From positions 384,112-448,111 of the forward strand of contig JAWQFM010000032.1 of assembly GCA_033442325.1 (NCBI GenBank): 64,000 bases of DNA, read 5' to 3'. Source of the stretch: Salpingoeca rosetta. Its lineage: Eukaryota; Protista; Choanoflagellata. Every line of letters starts with the position of its first letter. The first letter of the stretch is position 1. Shown here in pieces: positions 22,427 to 34,868 of the stretch. Position numbers and translations under genes: made by a program. The notes below the pieces were generated by a model, which was not told where the DNA came from, searched no databases, and saw only the letters and a list, made by a program, of their open reading frames with translations.

Positions 22427-23849
22427 GTGTGCTCACATGCGTGTGCATTTATCCCCCCCCCCCACCACTTCAAGCCTTGTGCTCACATGTGTGTGTGTGT
22501 GTTTAGCTGGGCCGAGCCCGCCTGATCGGGAGTGGATTCAGCCAAAGGCCATTTCCCGGGCCGCACTCCAGCCCTACGAGAGAGGTGCAGCGGCATGCCT
22601 GCAACTGTGTGTCTGCATGTCGGCTTGTCTGCGTGGGTGTGCACGTGAGAGTGCGCATGGCTGACTCACGATGACGGCAGTTGTACTCCCTGGTTCGTCG
22701 CTCACTCTCTCGTTTTTCTTGCTCCTTGCCTGTCTTGTCTCACCTCTTTTTGCCTCTTGTCGAATGGGGGGGGGGCGCAGCCAAACGCGACAAAGTCAGC
22801 GTGTTTTGCTACAACATCCTCTGCGACAAATACGCGTCGCGCAACATGTTCAAGTGCGTAGCTTTCGGTCATTGTGATGTGTGCCTGTGTTGGGAGGGGA
22901 CAACGAGGTGGCCATGGTGACACGAACGCTGAGAGAAAGAAGGGGTTCATGCCTCGACCCTCTTTGCGCACACACGCCCACACCATTTTCGGCGACGAAG
23001 TGCCTCACAAGTCTGCTGCTGCCGATGTTGCATGTGTTGCCGTTGTTGCATGTGCCGCAGGTACTGTCCGTCGTGGGCGCTTGCGTGGGAGTACCGGAAA
23101 GGAAAGATCCTCACCGAGCTCGCAAACTCCAAATGCGGTGGGACATTGGAAGAAGGGGAAAGGAGTGTGCGTGCGTGTGTGTGTGTGTGTGTGAGGGTGT
23201 GTGTGTGTGTGTGTGTGTGTGAGGGTGTGTGTGTGTGTGTTGTGTGTGTGTGTGTGTGTGTGAGAGAGTGAGAGAGGATGTGCGTGTGCGTGTGCGTGTG
23301 TTAAATGCAACGAGGAGAAGTGGATATGTGCGGTGACGAGGTTTGTCGAGTGCAACATTGCCGAATGCCAAACCGATACGGGTCACCGCACAGCCACCAC
23401 ACTGTGCACAGTGATGCTTGCTTCACATGCCACTCACCTTCTCAACACATGTCTTTCTCTCTTTGTTCATTTGCTTGCTTGTTTGTTTGTTTGGTTGTTT
23501 GTTTGTTTGTTCGTTTATTTATTTGTTTGTTTGTTTGTTTGTTTTCTCGGCGCCCCTTGCTTGCCTCAGACATTCTGTGCCTGCAAGAGGTGTCCAAGTC
23601 TGAGTTTTACCAGTACTTTCTCGGGCAGCTGCAGAAGGAGGGCTACCACGGCGCCTTCAAGTCAGTCTCATGCTGATGTGCTCACACACTCGCATTCACT
23701 CTTGCACACAAACACACACATGCATATTCATAGATATACACACATGCACACACACACACACATGTGCATCATCATCTGTGGCACCCACCACCGTGATTCT
23801 TTGTTGGCTCATCGTTGTGTCTTGTCACATCTGCGTACGTTTGCACGTC

Positions 23850-23887
<38 letters not shown>

Positions 23888-24150
23888 TGTCTGTGTGTGT
23901 GTGTGCGGCGGTTTAGGGTGAAGACGCGGGCCGCGTATCAAGCTGACGAGACAATTGACGGCTGCGCAACCTTCTACTCAACGTGAGTTCAACCAAGATA
24001 CACGCACGTGTGAATGGACATGCTTGTGGTCGAGGTTGAAGTCTTTGGGCAACCAACCATCCCTGTGCTTCACGCTGCAACTCTGCTCACTCATTTGGTG
24101 TGTCACCTGCTCTACACGCGCGTTCACACATACACACATGCACACACACA

Positions 24151-24182
<32 letters not shown>

Positions 24183-24705
24183 CACGCATGTGCACCTGCA
24201 CGCCCACCCGTGATTGCGGACAGCAAAACGTACAAGATGCTGTATGAGCACGGCATTGATCTGCAACAGCTCTCCGTGGCCAACAGCAACGGCTGCAACA
24301 CCGTCATTGACAGATGCATGCCAAAGGTGTGCGCACTCGTGACGGTGGCGGTTGTGAATGGTGGTCGCTGATCTTTACTTTTCCCTTGTTTCTCTCTTGG
24401 TTCTCTCTCGGCTCTTCATTTGTTCTCTCTTGTTGCGGCTTACACCCACTCACTCACGCACGGACTTCCACTACCCTTGTCCTGGCCTTTTTTTTTTTTT
24501 TTTCTTCTGTAGGACAACGTGGCGCTGTTTACGGTGTTTGAGCACGCTGTGACGAAGAAGCGCGTGTTTGTGGCCAATCTGCATTTGACGTGGGACCCCC
24601 ACTTCAGCGACGTGAAAGTGGTGCAGATTGTGCTCGCCCTCAAGGCAATCAGGGAGTTTCTCCAGGAGAACAAGCTGCTCGAGTGAGTCAGCGAAGGGAG
24701 AGCGG

Positions 24706-24746
<41 letters not shown>

Positions 24747-25107
24747 TCTGTGTCTCTGTGTCTCTGTGTCTGTGACTGTGTCTGTGACTGTGTGTGCGTG
24801 TTAATTTGTGTGTAGAGGGCTGTGGAAATGCCGGAGGAGGGTTGCTTGACGACCGCCTTCACTCACTGTGGCACACCTCGCCCGTTGGCGAATGCAGCGT
24901 GCCTGTGATGCTGATGGGCGACTTTAACTCCATGCCAGACAGCGGCGTGTACGAGTTCCTGGCCACGGGCAAGGTGCGGTACCATCCACATCACACACAA
25001 ACGCAAACATGCTGTCTGTCTTGAACGCCGCGTTGATGTGTTCGTGGCGGTGACACTGCTGCTGCTGGGCAATGTGCTATTGTCGGTTGACACACCGAAG
25101 AAACACC

Positions 25108-25148
<41 letters not shown>

Positions 25149-25453
25149 CGAGCTGAAGCTGCACACCGTGCAGTCAGGCGTGTGATGTACCTCGTGAACT
25201 CACCACATTCCCCAACTCTTTCCCCTCTCCCTTCTCTTCCTTGTCTTGCTCCTCAATGGCGTCAACCAACACCACAGATCAACCCGAACCACCCGGATAT
25301 GCAAGGCTACGACTACAAGGCGTTTTTCGACAGCGTGGGCACAACGCACCCGTTCAAGCTGCGGTCCGCGTACACAACAGAGATGCAGTACACAAACAAG
25401 ACGGCAGGCTTTGTCGGCATCATCGACTACATCTGGTCAGTGTTGCGTGTGTG

Positions 25454-25515
<62 letters not shown>

Positions 25516-25790
25516 CTTTGTGTCGTCGCGGTGATGAACGCTGTGTGCGTGACGCGTTTGCTGCAACTCGCCTACATGCTGGTTGACCTGTTACTTGTCG
25601 TCCCTTTGTACCTTGTTGATGTGCGTGACAGGTACACGGAGGGGTCGCTGCTGCCGCAAGCTGTGTGGGGACCCGTCGACGAGGTGAGGGCCATGCCACG
25701 CAATGATGATGGTGGTGGTGGTTCGTGCCGTGTCGCTTCAATCGTTATGGGGAGACTTGTGCGCAAAAGTGGTGTTGTTGTCACGATGTT

Positions 25791-25822
<32 letters not shown>

Positions 25823-25987
25823 CTCTGCTGACGCCAACTTGCTTCTTCCCCCCCCCCCCTTTGCTTTGTGCCTTCCCTCTCCCATTGCTTCGTTCAGTCA
25901 TACATGGACCGGGTGTCTGGCTGCCCGAACCCCCATTTCTCCTCCGACCATCTTGCGCTCGGAGCCAAACTTTACTTGAAGTCCTGA
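21148..25987 (+). CDS. CNOT6: CCR4/CNOT6 deadenylase (LRR + EEP nuclease), multi-exon
   Basis: LRRs: LFQMQHLTHLYLARNRL and LSGNELSTLPFEFGKLYQIKFLALDNNP. EEP motifs: CYNILCDKYA, YCPSWALAWEYRK, DILCLQEV, DGCATFY, HLTWDP..DVK, GDFNSMPDSGVYEFL, GIIDYIWY, GCPNPHFSSDH. Confidence 0.95.
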
Positions 25988-26112
25988 ACACACGCACACA
26001 CACCACACGCACACGCACACGCACTCACGGGCGTGAATGCACACCTTGTGTGTCTGCTGCGTGCTGGCAATACCTGTGGTTGTGAAGGAGGGACGTGGAT
26101 ACGCGAACCGGA

Positions 26113-26114
26113 AG

Positions 26115-26187
<73 letters not shown>
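26113..26187. repeat. (GTT)n microsatellite downstream of the CNOT6 stop
   Basis: Directly visible. Confidence 0.95.
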
Positions 26188-27253
26188 GCTCGTTGTTTGA
26201 TGTGACCTGGTTGTGTTGTTTAATGTCGTCCATCGTTGTTTGGGACAATCCGTGCTCTGTGTTGAGTGTCGCTGTTCGCTGTTGCTTGCTGCACTTTCCC
26301 TGCTTTCGTTTCTTGCTTGTTTTATGTCTGATCCGTCGCCTTTAACCGACCAGACCCGCTCGTGCACATATCCTCCTTGTTCGCTTTCCTTCCTCTTCCT
26401 CTTCCCCGCTTTGTGTGTATCTGGTTGTTTATGGTGACCCATTGTGTGAGGGACGCGATTGTGGTTGTTGTCCTGTGCGACTGCGGCTTGCACTCATGAC
26501 GCATCAGACAGACCCACGTACCGTACCGTCGTTGTCCCCCCCCCCCCTCTCATTGTCGTGTCGCCTCTCTGTGTCACATCTTTGTTTTGCTGGGCTCGCG
26601 AGCCCTTCTTTACCGTGCTGCTCGTCTCCCAGCCCGAGTGCCGTGTGCTTTTGCTTGTGCACTCGTTTATTTGCTGCCAACCCCCCCCCCCCTCCCTTGT
26701 CGCATCTCACCTCATCCCTCTATCTTCCTTGCCATTTGTCCTTCCTTCCTTCCTTGGCCTTCCTTCCCCCTTTCTTCCATTGTTCTTGCCATCCATCTTT
26801 CCTCCCTCGCTCATCAACTCCCTCATCCCCTCTCATTCCTCTACGCCTTTCACCTTGCCCTTGTTTTCTCTTTCTTGCCTGTCTCCATGTTGCTTGTCTT
26901 CCCTCCTCTTCCTCCTCCTCTTCTTTGTGTGTGCGTTGTGTGTGCCTGTTGCCCTCACGCCACACGTCGGTGTAAACCGCCCCAGCCAAGCCCGAGACAC
27001 CGAGACACACAGGCGCGCCCACCACAGAGAGACAGGAAGGGGGAGGATCGTGTCTCACACATCAACGTCAAGAGGCATCCATCATTGGTTGGGAGGAAAG
27101 AAGCAAGCAACAAGCAAGAGGGGAACTTTCGTCAATTCACACACAAAACACAGAGGCAAAAGCAACGCTGCTGCAAACAACGCTGCTGACCATCACACAC
27201 ATCCACCAACCACAGACCCGCCAACCAGGACGCACACGCACACGCACACGCAG

Positions 27254-28255
27254 ATGGACCGTGGCGGGAGAAGACGGTGCGTGAGCGAGGGCACGGCTGT
27301 GCCCCACGCGTACCGGATTGACAATGGAACAACAACAAACCACCATGATCTCCATCACCCACAGCCGCCAACCAGCACCGTCGGGACCGAAGGCGTCGCA
27401 GACCCGGGCAGCCCAAGCACCTTCGTCGTCCCCGTCAGTACGTCGGCTTCGACCACCACCACCACCACCCCATATGGCTCTGCAACGACGTCACAATCAA
27501 GCACCACGCCGCACCACCACCACCAACAACAACAGACATACCAACAGCAACAGCAACAACAACAGCAACACCAGGCTGGTGTGCCCGAGCGTGAACGCCA
27601 AGGGTCCGCGTACAAGCTGCTGCAGCACCTGTTTGACGTGTGGAGGCCACGAGGCAGCCAAACCCCACCTCCGTCCTCTTCACCGTCGTCGTCCACAACA
27701 GCGAGTCCCGCATCTGCTGCCGACCAACGCAATGGCAGCAGTGGCAGCGGTGCTGACGACCACGCCAATGACGCCGCCGATGATGACGACGACACGGGAT
27801 ACGGTAGCCGGTCAGGCCGCACGCGGTCGTACACCATTGGTCCCTCCAACCCTGCGAGGACATCGTCGACACCCGTGCTGTCTCGGCAAGAGCTGCTCGA
27901 CCTGCTCTCTCCCACGAAGAAGCCGCCGCCGCCATCATCCACACAGGCCACCCGGTCATCGTCGTCGCCAGTCATACAGCCTCCGTCGCACCCAGGAGGA
28001 ACAACGGCACAAACACCGCCCTCAGCCACCAGTGGCTCTGGTTCGCTGCCCACAACACCCCATGCTGTCCCACATGCCGATACAACCACTGCAGCAACCA
28101 CGGCTGCAGCGACAGGCAAGATGGAGGCTGGCCCGCCCCAGTCGACGTCGGCGCCAGCAACGACCCCGACCACACCCGCCCGCGGGAAGAAGCGCAATGT
28201 TGTGGAGGAGGATGCGAGAACCGTGCTCTCTTGGTCAGGCCTTGACCTCGGCTAA
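27254..28255 (+). CDS. Hypothetical low-complexity S/T/P/Q-rich protein (about 333 aa)
   Basis: 1-kb open frame with coding-like composition, flanked by microsatellite DNA. No recognisable domain. Start and end uncertain. Confidence 0.5.
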   Translation: MDRGGRRRCVSEGTAVPHAYRIDNGTTTNHHDLHHPQPPTSTVGTEGVADPGSPSTFVVPVSTSASTTTTTTPYGSATTSQSSTTPHHHHQQQQTYQQQQQQQQQHQAGVPERERQGSAYKLLQHLFDVWRPRGSQTPPPSSSPSSSTTASPASAADQRNGSSGSGADDHANDAADDDDDTGYGSRSGRTRSYTIGPSNPARTSSTPVLSRQELLDLLSPTKKPPPPSSTQATRSSSSPVIQPPSHPGGTTAQTPPSATSGSGSLPTTPHAVPHADTTTAATTAAATGKMEAGPPQSTSAPATTPTTPARGKKRNVVEEDARTVLSWSGLDLG

Positions 28256-28266
28256 CGCCAACAATG

Positions 28267-28308
<42 letters not shown>

Positions 28309-29770
28309 TGTGTCTGTGTCTGTGTCTGTGTGTGTGTGTGTCTGTGTGTCTGTGTCTGTGTGTGTCTGTGTGTGTGTGTGTGTGCGTCTGTGTGTGTGTG
28401 TGTCTGTGTGGGCAGGTGTCTGTGTGTGTGTGTGTGTGTGTCTCTTTCTCTCTGTCTCTCTGTCTCTCTGTGTCCCTTTCTCTCTGTCTCTCTGTCTCTC
28501 TGTCTCTCTTCTGTCTCTCTGTCTCTCTGACCAATTCTTTGACCACCTCTGCCCACCCGTCTCTCCTCAGCCTCTGTCTTTGTCAATTTACCTCCTCTGC
28601 GTCACTTTGCTGTGCCGCAACTCACCCTACCCCTTTGCTGGACAGTTGATTCTGTTGCCCTCTTCTCCCTCCCCCCCCCCCCAAATGCACGCACTTTGAC
28701 CTCCTCCATCTCCTTCGTTTACCCACCCCCTGTGTGTCCTCTTTCCTTTCCATCGCTTCTTGCGTGGTGAATGCCTGACTCCACAACCGCATTGAATATG
28801 CGATGAGTACTGATTCTATTTGTTGTGCCCCATCCTTGCGTGCTTGTGTTACTATTGCCGTCGAATGTGCCTGCCCCTGTGCTTGGGCGTGCGCTTGTGT
28901 GCACCCTCCTCCTCCTCCTCCTCCTCCTCCTCCTCCTTCTCTTCCTCCTTCTTATTCTTCTTCCTGCATATGCCCATGCCCTTCCGTGTCTTGTTGTGCA
29001 AGCGTGATTCCCTGTCTTCCCCCCCCCTACACGCACACACACACGCACACACACACACGCACACACACTCACACGTACCTTTGCTGTTGTGATGTTGTGA
29101 CTCTCCCTACCCCCTGCCCCTTGACCCACCCCCCCCCCTCCTCTCGCAAACACCATCAGCGCCCATTGCGCATTGCAACCCCCCCCCCAACTTGACCCCA
29201 AATACAACGTGTCCATATCACTCAATTCTTATGAGCATTGTCGGTGGCGCTTGCCCCAAACAGCACTCGCACCCCATCACACATGCACGTGCACCCCATC
29301 ACACATGCACGTGCACCCCATCACACAGCACTCGCACCCCATCACACATGCACGTGCTACCAACAGCACATCGTGCCAGTGCCGCTTCACGGTTTACATT
29401 CATGTGTACGCTCATGTACTGTTTCGAGTAAGAGGAAACAAACAAGATGCTTATGACAGGGGAAGAACAGGAGAAAGAGGTATGCCATGACCATAAAGTC
29501 GCAGACTGTCACGTACCGTGGTGGCACATTACATAACACAAGCAAGGAAGCAAAGAAGCATCATAACAGACATGTAACACAACAACAACACCAGAGTTGA
29601 GGCTCCAAAACACATACAGACTTACAGACAGAATGCAACAGAATGCACGATCCTGTGACTGCTTCTGAGTTCCATCACAACCAACACGCAGGACGATAGG
29701 CGAAGGGGGTGTCCCGCACAATCATCATGATGCCACCACACTCAAGAGCGCGACGCAAACCCGTCTCAAC

Positions 29771-32440
29771 TCATCCAGGCATCCTGCAACGAGGAGGGCA
29801 GTTGGTCAGGGTGACATGGTCGTCGGCGCAAACGCACGAGCCAAGGTGCTGGCAGTCGATGTGGGTGAGCGGCCCAGCGTTATCGAGCTCAATGCGACCT
29901 GCAATGCTGGCGATGCGACCGAAGGTGATGGTGTGCAGGTTGTTGTTGCGCAGCACCAGGTCACCGTCAATGGCCACCAACCCGCCAAAGTCGATTCGCG
30001 TGATGGCGTTGTTGGAGAGGTCGAGCGTGCCGGCGATCGTGGAGGGCGCGGGTGTGCTGAAGGTGACGCTGGTGATGGCATTGTCGGTGGCATGCACACT
30101 GCCACGCACGTCTGTGAGCTGTGCAAAGTGCAGCTGCGTCAGCCTGTTGTCGGCAAGAAACATGCTGCCGTCAACACGACGCAGGCCGTCAAAGTCAATG
30201 CTGGTGAGGTTGTTGCTGAACAGGTACACACTACCGCCAATGGAGGTGATGGGTGCAAAGCTGATGGTGGAGAGCGCCGTGTCATATATGTCAAGATAGC
30301 CACCAATGCGCTCGAGCTGCCCAAAGTCAATGCCGGTCAACTTGACGCCTGGGAGGTGCAGCCCACCCGAGATACTCAGCAGGGACGCAAAGTCAATGCG
30401 CTGGAGGTTGCTGTTCCCTTGCAGGTTGACGTATCCGCTCACATGCGTGACCGCGCCAAACGTGATGCTGGCAAGGTCGTTGTTCACCAGATCCACGCTC
30501 CTCTTCACGTACTTGATGCGCGTGCCAAAGTCAACTGCGCGCATGCTGCCTGAGGTCAGGTCAAGCCCGCCCAACATGCCGTCGTTGAGAGTGGTGGCCG
30601 CTGCGTCCGTGATGTGGATGTGCGCCCCCACGTCTGCGAGTTCGCCAAACGCGAGCGCCTGCAGTGGATTGCCGGTCAGGTCAACCTCGCCCCCGATCAT
30701 GGAGAGGGACTGAAAGTCGACGGTGGTGATGCTGTTGCTGCTGATGCTCAGCCACTGCCCGACGTGTGCGAGGGACCCAAAGTCCACTGCCGTTAGCATG
30801 GCGTTGCTGCCCACCTCAACACAGCCCAGGACCGTGCTCACGTTGCGAAAGCTCAATGACGGTAGCGACGTGCCACGAACAACGACGCTGCCAGCCACGG
30901 TGTGCAGGGCGCCAACGTCCACCTCTGCCAGCGCGTTGGCACAGCAGATGACAATGTCACCGCCAACCATGGTGACCTGGTTGAACGTGAGCGACACCAA
31001 CGCACTCGTGCCAGTGCCGGGGACAGAGGTGCTGGTAGCAGAGGGACGTCGTGTCTTGTGGATGCCATCATGTGCTGATGCCGTTGTTGGTGTTGGTGGT
31101 GTTGGTGTTGGTGTTGTTGGTGTTGGTGGTGTTGGTGTTAGTGTTGTTGTGGTTGGTGTGGGTGTTGTTGTGGTTGGTGTGGGTGCGAGTCGTGGAAGGG
31201 CACGCGTGCTGGCTGTGGTAGGGTTGTGATTATCGCCATCATCTGGATCCCAGGACGTATCGACCGTGTTATCATCGTCAATACCATTGTCTGTGCCTGC
31301 GTCTGCGCTATTGTCCTCACCCGCATCAGCAGCGGTGTTGGTGTTGAAGCTGTCGCTGAGGGTGTTATCGTTGTCCAAGCTGCCGCTACCGTGAAAGCCG
31401 GGAACGTGCGCAAGCCATGCCCCACCGTGGCCGTGGCTGTGGCCTTGATCAGCCCCACCACCCCCACCATGCCCATCGTCGCCGCCGCCACCGCCTTCGC
31501 TGGCACCTTGAGTGTCAAACTGACGATAGGCGTCAAGCGCAGCGCCCGTCACAACGACGCTCCCGCCAATAGAGGTGATGGACCCAAAGTCCACCGCTGT
31601 CACACTGCTGTCGACGTACACATCCCCAAGCACACGCTGCAGGTGCGCAAACTCCGGACACGCAGCGTTGAGGAACACGGACGAGGCTTCCACCACGCCT
31701 TGCGACGCGAACAGGGCACGGCTCTGCTGGCACGCGCAGTCAAGGACAGGGGGTGTGCGCGCGCTTTGCGAGGTGGCAACATGCACGCCAACGCCAATGC
31801 TGCCAGCAACGACAACCATTGTGATGACCACCGCTGCCAGGACGCACGGGCGGGTGGCAGCCCACGTCGGAGACTTCTGGCGCGACGAGAACTGCGACGG
31901 GAACAGCGATGATGGTGGTGACGATGATGGTGGTGGTGGTGGTGGTGGTGGTGTTTCTGCTGCTGATAATGGTGTCGCTGCTGTTGTCGATGCTGACGCT
32001 CGGTGTGGTGATGGCTGTGGTATTGCTGCTGTTGTCGATGCACGTGCTTGTGCTGGGGAGTGACGTGATCGCTGGGACTGTGCTGACAGCATTGTTGGTG
32101 GCGATGACGGGGAGCGAGTAGTACGTGAGGAGGTCAGAATCGACCACAGGCGAAACGACGTCCGTGCTGTGCGCGTGGTGCTCACACTTCTACGCGTGGT
32201 GGACGCTGTTGCTGCTGTTGCTGAGGCTGTTGCTGTTGATGGTGATGATGACGTCGGTGCATCCTGTTGAAAGATGCTTGCGGGCAAGTCTGATCCGTAA
32301 GCAGCAAACACGCCCAGATCGCTCTCAGACATGCCTGTGGAAAAGTCCAGCTGTGCAATGTACGTGTCGTATGACTCCTTTGGTGCTGCGTCAACATCCG
32401 TCTCGCCAAACCCTTCCAGCTCAACCATGTTGCCCAGCTA

Positions 32441-32515
<75 letters not shown>

Positions 32516-34309
32516 AAGAGGGAGTTGGTGAGGGTGCTCTGGATGGATCCACAAGAAGAGAGCGCAGCTGCAAGCAATCCGGCGTGTGCAAACTGTCAAG
32601 ATAGACGTACAAATGCGCACACACGCACACATACACACCACAAACAACAGCACGCACATACAAGGAAACACACTCACACGCACACAACGCGCAAGCCTGT
32701 TTGCGTTTGCTTGAAAGTGCACGCATAGTCATTCGCACCTCACAGGACATGGTTTCGCTGTGTTCTTGCAAGTGTGCAATAACGCCGAGAAGCGTGGTGC
32801 ACGGCTGTGAGAGCCGCTGTCCATCCATCATGTACAGGCCCCGCGGGTCGCGGTGGAGGGTGTGGTGCTCGATGCGATGAGGTGTCACCGCCTGATTCGC
32901 ACAACACCATGCGTGTGTTTGTGTTTGTGTATGTGTGGGTGTGTGAGTGATATCAGGACGGTGTCGACGCAAGCTGAGGTGTCTTCTTGCCGCCACATGA
33001 CAGACACACACATACAGAAACACACACACATACACACACGCATACACACGCATACACACGCGCATACACATGCATGCACATACACATGCAAGTACACATA
33101 CACATGCAAGTACACATGCCAGCACACTTACATACACAAGCAACTGACCAGGGTGATGATGGGCTCTTCACTGCTTGGGTGCTCGCGAATGATAAAGGCG
33201 CCGGGTTGTGGTCGAATCGTTATGAGTCGCAGCTCTGCTTCATCGCACGACATGGAGGGAAGCAGGGGTAGGGAGAAGGGGCCCGGTACATACGCGGGTT
33301 CGCTTTGCACACACGCTGCCGCTGCTGCGCGTGGCGCGACAATTTGCTCCTGCCGATGTTTCAAGTGCTGCTGGTGTTGTTGTTGCTCCGGCTGGGCACG
33401 AGGAAGCTGCAGTTGCGAGTGCCCATGTGCCTCTTGTGGCAGACACTGCTGTTGACGTTGTAGATGTGGTTGACGGTGGTGGCGCTCCTCTTGCGTTCCT
33501 TGTTGCGTTCCTTGTTGCGTTCCTTGTTGTGTTCCTTGTTGCGTTCCTTGTTGTGTTCCTTGTTGTGTTCCTTGTTGTGTTCCTTGTTGTGTTCCTTGTT
33601 GCTGTGCTTCGTTCACCAACAGGCCATGTTCCGCCAGCCCACCAACTGCCAGCCCTTCATCGTCCTCGCCTTGATCCTGCAGCAAGCGCTGCTGCTGCTG
33701 TTGCTGGTCTTGCAGTAGGTACTTTTGTTGCTGTTGCTGTTGGTGGTGTGTGTGGACCACACCGTATCCGACGTCACTCACGTTGCTCAGGCCGCTCACG
33801 CCGCTTTCAGCACTGCTTCCAAGAGGGTAGAAGAAGTGGTTGCGGGGAGGGTAGTTGAAGTAGTGGTTGGCATCCACATGCTGCTGTTGGGCCTGACCAA
33901 TGGCAAGGTGCGGTTGGGCATGGGAAGGGGGTGGCTGTTGATTGCCATCTCTGGCACGCGCGCTGCCTGAGTGCTGTGACTTGAAGGCAGCACCAACTTG
34001 CACGCATCCGCTCTGCTGCTGCTTCAGCTCCAAGAACTCCATCGTGCTGGGATTTGCGTGCTTGCTCGTGTCAGGTGGTGTGTCCACCTCTGCCTGTCCG
34101 ATCGCGGTGTCCTCGATGTCGCCTGTACCAGCGTGCAGAGCGTGCCTTGCTTCGTCGCATCCGAGAGCCTCGACGTAGGTTTCGAGGGTCTGCGGAAGCG
34201 GGTGGTTGGTGTCGTTGTTGCCGTTCCCATATGCTTCTATTGCCAAGAGTCGTTCAGCAGCAAGTGGTGACTTGCAAGCCGCAAAGCCATCCAAGCTCTC
34301 GCCTGACAT
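29771..34309 (-). CDS. Predicted type II membrane protein: Q-rich N-terminus - SH2 - S/T-rich linker - TM - extracellular receptor-L-domain/Ecm33-like repeats (exons 34309-33149, 32891-32739, 32437-29771)
   Basis: SH2 motifs MSCDEAELRL..PGAFIIREH..PIITL|AVTPHRIEHHTLH..GLYMMDG..TTLLGVIAHL, joined by phase-0 GT-AG introns to the 885-aa ORF. TM CVLAAVVITMVVVAGSIGVGVHV at about 31780-31845. About 22-aa repeats of type xDFxxLxxIGGxLxLxxNxLxx. The exon 2-3 junction is inferred. Confidence 0.7.
33490..33602 (-). repeat. 12-bp coding minisatellite encoding about 9 copies of QQGT
   Basis: Repeated ccttgttgcgtt/ccttgttgtgtt on the + strand. Confidence 0.9.
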
Positions 34310-34525
34310 CTAGGCCCGATTGTCTGTGTATGTATGAAATGCTCTGGTTGCGCTGTACCAAGAGCTAAAGGAGAACGGGCTTTCGAAAGACTCAAAGAGG
34401 ACAATGTAGGTCAAATCAAACGCCCAGCAAGAAAGAGTGTGTGTGAGTGTGTGCGAGTGTGTGTTGGATATGAAAGTGCTGTGCTGACACGGTGTTGAAT
34501 GAGAGTGAATGAGCACCCTGTGTGA

Positions 34526-34562
<37 letters not shown>

Positions 34563-34868
34563 CTTGGAAGCGAGAATGGGTGCAGGTTATCGCACGCCCT
34601 GCGCGCTGCATCTGCATTATGACCACGGCAGCAACCAACCAAGCAACTAACCCAATCCTGCTCGTTTTCCTTGCGTGACTGTCTGGCCGGTCTGACTTGT
34701 TCCAAGGTCTGAAAGCTGACGATGATGTCATCCGTGTGTGATTTTTCGTGGGAGAAGTTGCAAATTGTCGTCTCATCGTGCGGGTTCGCTGGTAGGCTGG
34801 CTTATTGTGCAAATGACACTTTCGCGCAGACCTGCATCATACCCTCGAGAAGGAGAGACCTCACAGGG

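Noticed and set aside
27875-27910. LSRQELLDL as an eIF4E-binding YxxxxL-phi motif beside CCR4
   Set aside because: It lacks the essential Tyr, and adjacency is not evidence in a eukaryote.
29263-29357. Imperfect cacatgcacgtgcaccccatca tandem with E-box-like palindromes
   Set aside because: It derives from CA/TG-rich simple sequence common throughout the window; no evidence of function.
34722-34868. Upstream in-frame starts given by the track for LRR kinase 1 (34722) and the oxidase (46576)
   Set aside because: The downstream ATGs (34869, 46456) directly precede proper signal peptides.
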